DNA from: a virus
DNA length: 64,000 nucleotides
IMG/VR virus record: IMGVR_UViG_3300035703_000034
Span: 1 to 64,000 of that record
Strand: one strand, 5' to 3'
Shown: piece by piece, positions 58,477-64,000 of the stretch
How positions within the stretch are numbered: the first letter of the stretch is position 1
Layout of the letters: each line of letters opens with the position of its first letter
Position numbers and translations under genes: made by a program
The notes under the pieces: model-generated
What the model saw: only the letters and a program-made list of their open reading frames with translations
Databases searched by the model: none
What the model was told of the DNA's origin: nothing

Positions 58477-61400
58477 ATGCAGTATGGCAGCTACGGGGTC
58501 TATCAAGGCGGCGACGTCGTCAAGGCGGTCGACGGCAGCCACCTGCTCGTCGCCCCCTTGATCGTCAAGGCGAGCGACGGCCGCAACCTGGGCTTCGGCG
58601 CGCCGGCCCGTCGCATCATCACGCTCTTCGACGCCACGGTGCCGAGCTTCACGTTCGACGCGCTGCGCGTCAGCGACTTCGACGCCCCCGACTACACGCT
58701 GCGCATCGGCGCGACGGCCGGGGCGGCCTACGTGGTCTTCGACACCCACCACATCCAGGACGTGCGCGTCGTGCCGACGCCGACCACCGAGATGGTGGTG
58801 CTGGCCGAGGTTTCCTGGCCCGACGGGGCAAGCGACCTTGACGACCTGGTGCTCGACGTCGGGCCGCGCCAGGAGAGCCGCGTGCTCGAGACGGGCCACC
58901 CGCTGCAGGCGCGCGACCTGTACACGGCCGGGATGCCGTTCACGGACACGGCCTTCAACGCGCCGCTCATCGGGTTCGCGTTGCTCTCGGAGGTGCTGCA
59001 AGGCGAGGCGCTCGCGAAGAACTCGGACACCTTCAGCTTCGTGGTGATCGACGAGAGCGCGCTCGTGCGCAGCGAGACGCAGCTGACCGTCCAGCCCTTC
59101 CGCATGCTGCTGCGCCGCATGATCGACGGGCAACCCGTTTACCGGGCCGTGCACACCAAGACGCCCTTCGTCTTCGACTACGACGTGACCACCTTGCCGG
59201 GCGAACGCATCTACGTGTGGGCCAGCCCCGACAACGGCGAGGTCTACTCGGGCATCACCTACGACCCGGAGAACGGCGTGCTGGTCGCCTACGGCAACGT
59301 GACCACGGGCATGACCAGCCTCGCGCAGGTCAAGTTCATCTTAAGCTCGGAGATCGCGGAGTCCAACGCCCAGTCGGGTGCGACGATCGCCGTGCAGGCC
59401 GCGGCGCTGCCCTCGGGCTTCGTGCAGCCCGTGGCGTTCACCCGCTCGACGACCGTTTATCGCACGGCCACCAGCGCCGAGGCCATCGCCTTGATCAAGG
59501 GGATGGAGTTCCTGATGCCCCAGACGACGCACGTCTTCCCGGCCGCGCCCGAGACGGGCACGCGCCTGGACCTGCTGTTCGCCGAGTTCTACCGCGAGGT
59601 CGAGTCGGCCCCGCCGCTCAACCGCTCCTTCTACCTGCAGGTGCCCGGCGTCGGCTACGTCGTCACCAAGGTGCGCTTCAAAATCGTCACGGGCGTGGCG
59701 TACGCGCCCCCCGAAACGATCCTGCTCCAGTCGCTCGTCACGAACGACGCGGGCTTCGCCTACACGCGTCACGCGGGCGGCCACTTCGAGGCTCCCGACG
59801 TCCGCGCCTACGACGGCTACACCTTCGCGCTCCCGCTCGCGCTGGTCTCGCGCTTCAACCAGGCGCCCTTCTCGCTGGAGAACCTGGCGGGCGGCGGGCT
59901 CGACGCCGAGAACCAGCCGACCCGACCGGACGGCAAGTCGCACGTGCTCTTCCACCTGGACGAGTGGGAGACGCTAGCACCGCTGACAAACCTGCCGGCG
60001 CGCGACCCCGCCCAGCTCTTCGGGCGCGCCTTGGCCGCGACGTTGCGCGGCGAGAACGCCAACCAGATGGCGCCCAGCCAGCTGCTGCCCGCGTTCTACA
60101 GCAAGGCGCCGCTGCAGCAGGACGTGATTGCCCCGCTCAACGCGTCGGATCTGGGGCTGTTCACGCGCCTGTCCGCGCCCGACGGCGTGCGGCGCGAGTG
60201 GAGCGCCAACCCGCAACCCTACTGGCTCGGCACGCACTTCGTGGCGGATGCCGACGCCGTCTCGGCTCTGCACACCTACGAGGAGGGCACGCGTACGCTG
60301 ACCATCAGCGCGCCGCAAGGGGCGTTGCTCGAGGTCGGCGGCTTCGGCGGCAACCAGCCTGTCGTCGCGCTGCGCTGGGTGGAGAGCGGCCGCGTCGTCG
60401 TGCTGCAGGCCCCCTGGGTGATCGGCAACGACGGCCAGTCCGCCACGGCCATCCTGGATCGCGGCGACGCGCACTACAACCCGAGCGGCACCGTCGGCCT
60501 GTCGTTCGCCGTGCGCCAGCAGCGCACGGGCTTCATGACCCGGATGCCCCGGGCCATCCTGCGCGCGCTCTACAACGGCGCGCCGATGACGCTCGCGGAG
60601 GTCGTGGCCCCCGGGCGCACGCCCGTCTTGCCCCCGCCGCCCGCTCCGTACCACGTCACGCCCGTCGGCAACCCGCTCAAGGGCGACGCGCGCACCGTGC
60701 GCGTGCCGGTCGTGGCCGACGGCTCCAACCAGGTGCGCGTGCCCGTGACGCACGCCGAGCACGCCGTGCTCGGGCCCGTGCGCGCCCGCGTCGTCGGCGG
60801 CGCGGAGCTGACCATCAAGCATGTCGAGTACGAGGACTTCGCAGACCCCGCCGCCCAGCTGCGCGTCTGGCTCTCCGCGCCCGTGCTCGCGGGCGAGACG
60901 GTCGAGCTCGACCTCGCCCTCGGCGGCGTCATCGCGAACGTCGTGCCCCAGCACGCCGCGCTCGGCGACGTCGCCCGGGCCCGCTTCGTCCCGTTCACCG
61001 TCCAGGGCGAGACCGCCGCCGTGCGCCTGGCGCTGCCGTACAACACCGTGCTGCGCGGCAGCTTCAGCTACCAGCGCGACGCGGCGGCGCCCGCCACCCA
61101 CGGCGTCTACCTCGACGGCTGGCTCTACCCCGTCAGCCTCGCGGGCTTCGACCGCAACGTGATCGACCTGAACTTCCTGCTCTCGCCCGAGGTGTTCAAC
61201 ACCCTGCCGGAAGCCCAGCAGGCCAAGTGGGAGTCCGACCCCGAGAACGCCGCCGGCTACCGGCTGAAAGCCGGCACCTACGCGCTGCAGCTGCCGGCGC
61301 TGCTCAGCCACGCGCTCGCCGCGAGCGACGTCGTCCAGGTGCTGTACCGCTACCAGAACGCGCCCTACCTGCCTGTTTCGCCGGATGCCAGCTTCAGCTT

Positions 61401-61791
61401 GCTGCACCGCGGTCAGCTGCTCGCGACCAACTCCAGTCTCGCCAACGTGAGCACCTACTTCGCGGCGCCCGTGTGTGAGCGGCTGCCGCGCGTCCGGGGC
61501 CTCGTGAAGGGGGCCGAGGCCGCGCAGGTCGAGACCACGCTGCAGGACCCCCTGCGCGTCAACCCGCTCGGTCAGCTGCCGATCGACGGCACGTCGTTCG
61601 AGCTGAACGGGGCGCTGGACTTCGACCTCGGCGTGGTCGACCCCGACGCGGGCGTCGTCGCCTGGTTCGCGCTGGTGGCCGAGCGCCGCTACGTGAAGCT
61701 GTTCTGCTACGTCACCGAGAACGAGTCGTTCACGCTCGACACCCCCAGTCGCGCCTTCTTGACCTACTGCGACGCCCACTACCTGGTCTAG
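58477..61791 (+). CDS. Large virion structural protein (baseplate wedge/fibre)
   Basis: 1104 aa and beta-rich. 'DLLFAEFYRE', 'DGYTFALPLALVSRFN', 'RPDGK'. Confidence 0.55.
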   Translation: MQYGSYGVYQGGDVVKAVDGSHLLVAPLIVKASDGRNLGFGAPARRIITLFDATVPSFTFDALRVSDFDAPDYTLRIGATAGAAYVVFDTHHIQDVRVVPTPTTEMVVLAEVSWPDGASDLDDLVLDVGPRQESRVLETGHPLQARDLYTAGMPFTDTAFNAPLIGFALLSEVLQGEALAKNSDTFSFVVIDESALVRSETQLTVQPFRMLLRRMIDGQPVYRAVHTKTPFVFDYDVTTLPGERIYVWASPDNGEVYSGITYDPENGVLVAYGNVTTGMTSLAQVKFILSSEIAESNAQSGATIAVQAAALPSGFVQPVAFTRSTTVYRTATSAEAIALIKGMEFLMPQTTHVFPAAPETGTRLDLLFAEFYREVESAPPLNRSFYLQVPGVGYVVTKVRFKIVTGVAYAPPETILLQSLVTNDAGFAYTRHAGGHFEAPDVRAYDGYTFALPLALVSRFNQAPFSLENLAGGGLDAENQPTRPDGKSHVLFHLDEWETLAPLTNLPARDPAQLFGRALAATLRGENANQMAPSQLLPAFYSKAPLQQDVIAPLNASDLGLFTRLSAPDGVRREWSANPQPYWLGTHFVADADAVSALHTYEEGTRTLTISAPQGALLEVGGFGGNQPVVALRWVESGRVVVLQAPWVIGNDGQSATAILDRGDAHYNPSGTVGLSFAVRQQRTGFMTRMPRAILRALYNGAPMTLAEVVAPGRTPVLPPPPAPYHVTPVGNPLKGDARTVRVPVVADGSNQVRVPVTHAEHAVLGPVRARVVGGAELTIKHVEYEDFADPAAQLRVWLSAPVLAGETVELDLALGGVIANVVPQHAALGDVARARFVPFTVQGETAAVRLALPYNTVLRGSFSYQRDAAAPATHGVYLDGWLYPVSLAGFDRNVIDLNFLLSPEVFNTLPEAQQAKWESDPENAAGYRLKAGTYALQLPALLSHALAASDVVQVLYRYQNAPYLPVSPDASFSLLHRGQLLATNSSLANVSTYFAAPVCERLPRVRGLVKGAEAAQVETTLQDPLRVNPLGQLPIDGTSFELNGALDFDLGVVDPDAGVVAWFALVAERRYVKLFCYVTENESFTLDTPSRAFLTYCDAHYLV

Positions 61792-61795
61792 CCCC

Positions 61796-63319
61796 ATGAG
61801 CGAGCCGTTCAAGAGCAGCGTGCAGGGCCTCGCGCCCGAGCCGGCAGGTCCCGCCTTCTTGCGGCGGCCGAGCATCACCAACGACATCACGCCCTACCCC
61901 GCCAGCCGGTCGGAGTTCACGGTCCAGCTGCGTCACCAGGTGACGTTCAACCTGCCTGCGGGCCTGCCGGACGCCAGCATGCGATCGCTGGTCGTGGCGG
62001 GGCGCACGCACTTCGAGGACGACTTCATCGTGCGCGGCCTCAAGGTCATCTGGCAGCGCGGCGTGCTGCCGCTCGGCACCGAGCTGCTGTTCGAGAGCCT
62101 GGGCACGAACCAGCGCCACTGGCGCCAGGTGCGCTTCATCGCCCGGCCCGCCGACGCGGGGCGCTTCGAGCTCTGGACGGCGCCCGCCGGCACGCACGTC
62201 GAGGTCTTCCACAACCAGCGTTACCACGACGAGGCGAGCGGCCTCTTCCGCGTGCAGGGACACCACCTCACGTGGCTCGGGCCGCTGGCGGCGGGCGACG
62301 AGCTGGTCGTGCGCTACGCCACCAGCCCCGAAGGCGCGGCGCTCTGGCACACGCACCACTGGCGGCTCGCGCCCGGGCACCCCAACCACTTCACCCTGGC
62401 GGTCGACAACCTGTCGCCTATCGGGCGCTCCGGGCGGCTGTACTTCCGCGGGCTGCGCCTGAAGGAGGGGGTCGACTACTTCGTCACGGACGATCGCCTG
62501 TGGCTGCTGCGCGAGGACCTGCTGGCGCAGCACGGCGAAATCTTGACATACGTGCAACCTACCAGCGAAACTCACTTCCAACGAATGAACGCCTCCGGGC
62601 GCATCACCTCGAACGTACTTGCGATCAGTCATCACACGATCAACGCCGACACGCCGATGGTTGCCGATCTGCGCAACCCTGGCGTCAAGGGACTTCTGGG
62701 AGTCAACGGTTTGCTGGCGGCCGAGGGGCACGGCTTTCTCCACTTGATGCACCGCTTCCTGCTGTGGCTGGACGGGCCGTACGTCCTCAAAGAGGACGAC
62801 GCGCTGACGCTCATCGCGGTCTACCCGCAGTACGCGCAGGGCGTTCACATCAGCCGCATGCCCGTGACGGAGGCGTATCCGACGTGGACGCTCGCGCGCA
62901 AGTCGGCGGACATCCGCAAGTCGCTGGTCCTCGTCTCGGCCGCCAACCGGCCCGGTGGCGCGTGCTACGCCGGCACGGGCGCGCTGGCGTTCCTCGACGA
63001 GCGGACCCTGGCGTGGCGCGGTGAGTTCCCGCTGAAGCCCACCGACATGGTGGTCGTCGTCAGCCTCGTGCACCCGGCCCTCGCCAGCAGCTTCGAGCTC
63101 GCGCAGTTCGCCATCACCGAGGCCCAGGCCGGCACCAACGTCTGCGTGCCGCTGCCGCGCACGCCGCGCGAGCCGCACGCCGTGCTCGCCGCGCTCAACG
63201 GCGTGCAGCTGGTGAGCGGCCGCGACTTCAGCGTCACGGACGCCCACTTCACCTACTACGCCGACGCAAGCGGCATCCCGCCGAAGGTCAACGATCGCTT
63301 AACGGTCTGGTTCCGCTAG
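61796..63319 (+). CDS. Virion structural protein with repeated 'NG..L..G.D(Y/F)' beta domains
   Basis: 'FRGLRLKEGVDY', 'LNGVQLVSGRDF', 'AGDELVVRY', 'VNDRLTVWF'. Confidence 0.55.
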   Translation: MSEPFKSSVQGLAPEPAGPAFLRRPSITNDITPYPASRSEFTVQLRHQVTFNLPAGLPDASMRSLVVAGRTHFEDDFIVRGLKVIWQRGVLPLGTELLFESLGTNQRHWRQVRFIARPADAGRFELWTAPAGTHVEVFHNQRYHDEASGLFRVQGHHLTWLGPLAAGDELVVRYATSPEGAALWHTHHWRLAPGHPNHFTLAVDNLSPIGRSGRLYFRGLRLKEGVDYFVTDDRLWLLREDLLAQHGEILTYVQPTSETHFQRMNASGRITSNVLAISHHTINADTPMVADLRNPGVKGLLGVNGLLAAEGHGFLHLMHRFLLWLDGPYVLKEDDALTLIAVYPQYAQGVHISRMPVTEAYPTWTLARKSADIRKSLVLVSAANRPGGACYAGTGALAFLDERTLAWRGEFPLKPTDMVVVVSLVHPALASSFELAQFAITEAQAGTNVCVPLPRTPREPHAVLAALNGVQLVSGRDFSVTDAHFTYYADASGIPPKVNDRLTVWFR

Positions 63320-63320
63320 G

Positions 63321-64000
63321 CTACATCGGGCTGCCGCCCTGGCGGCGCGGCGGCTTCTGCTCGGGCATGTTCTTGCTGACCTCGCCGCCCGCGGGCTGCT
63401 GCACGCCGGCCTGCGGAGCGAGGCCCATCTGCGTCAGCATGCGATCCATGATCGAGGCCATCAGCGGGTTCGTCTGCTCGAGCTGCGCGAAGATCTGGGC
63501 CTGCTGCTCGGGCGGCATCGTCGCCATCTGCTGGGCCTGCTGGGCGATCATCTGCGGGTCCGTCGCCTGGCGGCGCATCAGCTGCCGGGCGAGGTCGGGG
63601 TTCTGCTGCGCGATGCGCTCGATCGCCATCTGGGCCTGCTCTGGCTTGAGCGGGCGCAGCGCCTCGAAGACGCTCTCGACCTGCTCGTGCGGGATGGTGG
63701 GGAAGCCGAAGTTGCCCTCGGGCGGCAGGGCGTTGACCAGCAAGCTCTGGATCGTCTGGCCCCGGGTGGCCGCCTCCGCCTGCGCCTTCGCGTCGGCGAT
63801 CGCCTTCTCCAAGTTCTCGGCGATGCGGTAGCGGCTCTCCTCGGCGTAGTCGAAGTCGTTGAGCACGCCCAGCGTCTTGCCGGAAAGCACGCCCGACTGC
63901 CAGTAGTTGAAGCTCAGCTGCTTGGCCTGGATGTCGTCCGCCATCTTGAACTTCTTCATGTCGATCTTCACATGCTCGATGCCCGTGATCTGGCTGATGC
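63321..64000 (-). CDS. Probable portal protein C-terminus (5' part outside window)
   Basis: Frame is open to the window end. 'LSGKTL...DFDYAEE..RI' followed by a Gln/Pro-rich tail, as in large-phage portals. Confidence 0.5.
   Translation of the reverse strand, partial: ISQITGIEHVKIDMKKFKMADDIQAKQLSFNYWQSGVLSGKTLGVLNDFDYAEESRYRIAENLEKAIADAKAQAEAATRGQTIQSLLVNALPPEGNFGFPTIPHEQVESVFEALRPLKPEQAQMAIERIAQQNPDLARQLMRRQATDPQMIAQQAQQMATMPPEQQAQIFAQLEQTNPLMASIMDRMLTQMGLAPQAGVQQPAGGEVSKNMPEQKPPRRQGGSPM

Overview
This is a 64 kb segment of a high-GC, large (probably jumbo) contractile-tailed dsDNA phage. No host housekeeping genes, tRNAs, CRISPR arrays or transposases are visible. From left to right it holds a Gly-rich tail fibre tip, a lysis cassette, tape-measure and baseplate genes, a sigma-70-like factor, and glycine-zipper membrane proteins. 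These are followed by a multisubunit RNA polymerase (beta fused to the N-terminal half of beta', with the beta' C-terminal half as a separate gene), a class II RNR, an SNF2 helicase and a terminase. A head-morphogenesis cluster follows (assemblin/HK97-fold protease, scaffold-like proteins, major capsid protein, neck), then two tail tubes, the sheath, a second sigma factor, baseplate/fibre genes and a probable portal C-terminus. The most striking unexplained signal is a K-x-A(|A/S) motif. It saturates the head-cluster proteins, brackets the protease domain, and lies at the N-terminus of the capsid protein, one sigma factor and the helicase. It also separates repeated glycine-zipper membrane modules that share an 'F-x-x-(R/S/E)HPYL' signature. 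I infer a protease-processed system of virion-packaged polyproteins delivering membrane peptides and transcription factors. A phage promoter-like motif, (C/T)TGATAAT(T/C), precedes many of these genes. All functional calls come from motif recognition by eye; no database searches were run.
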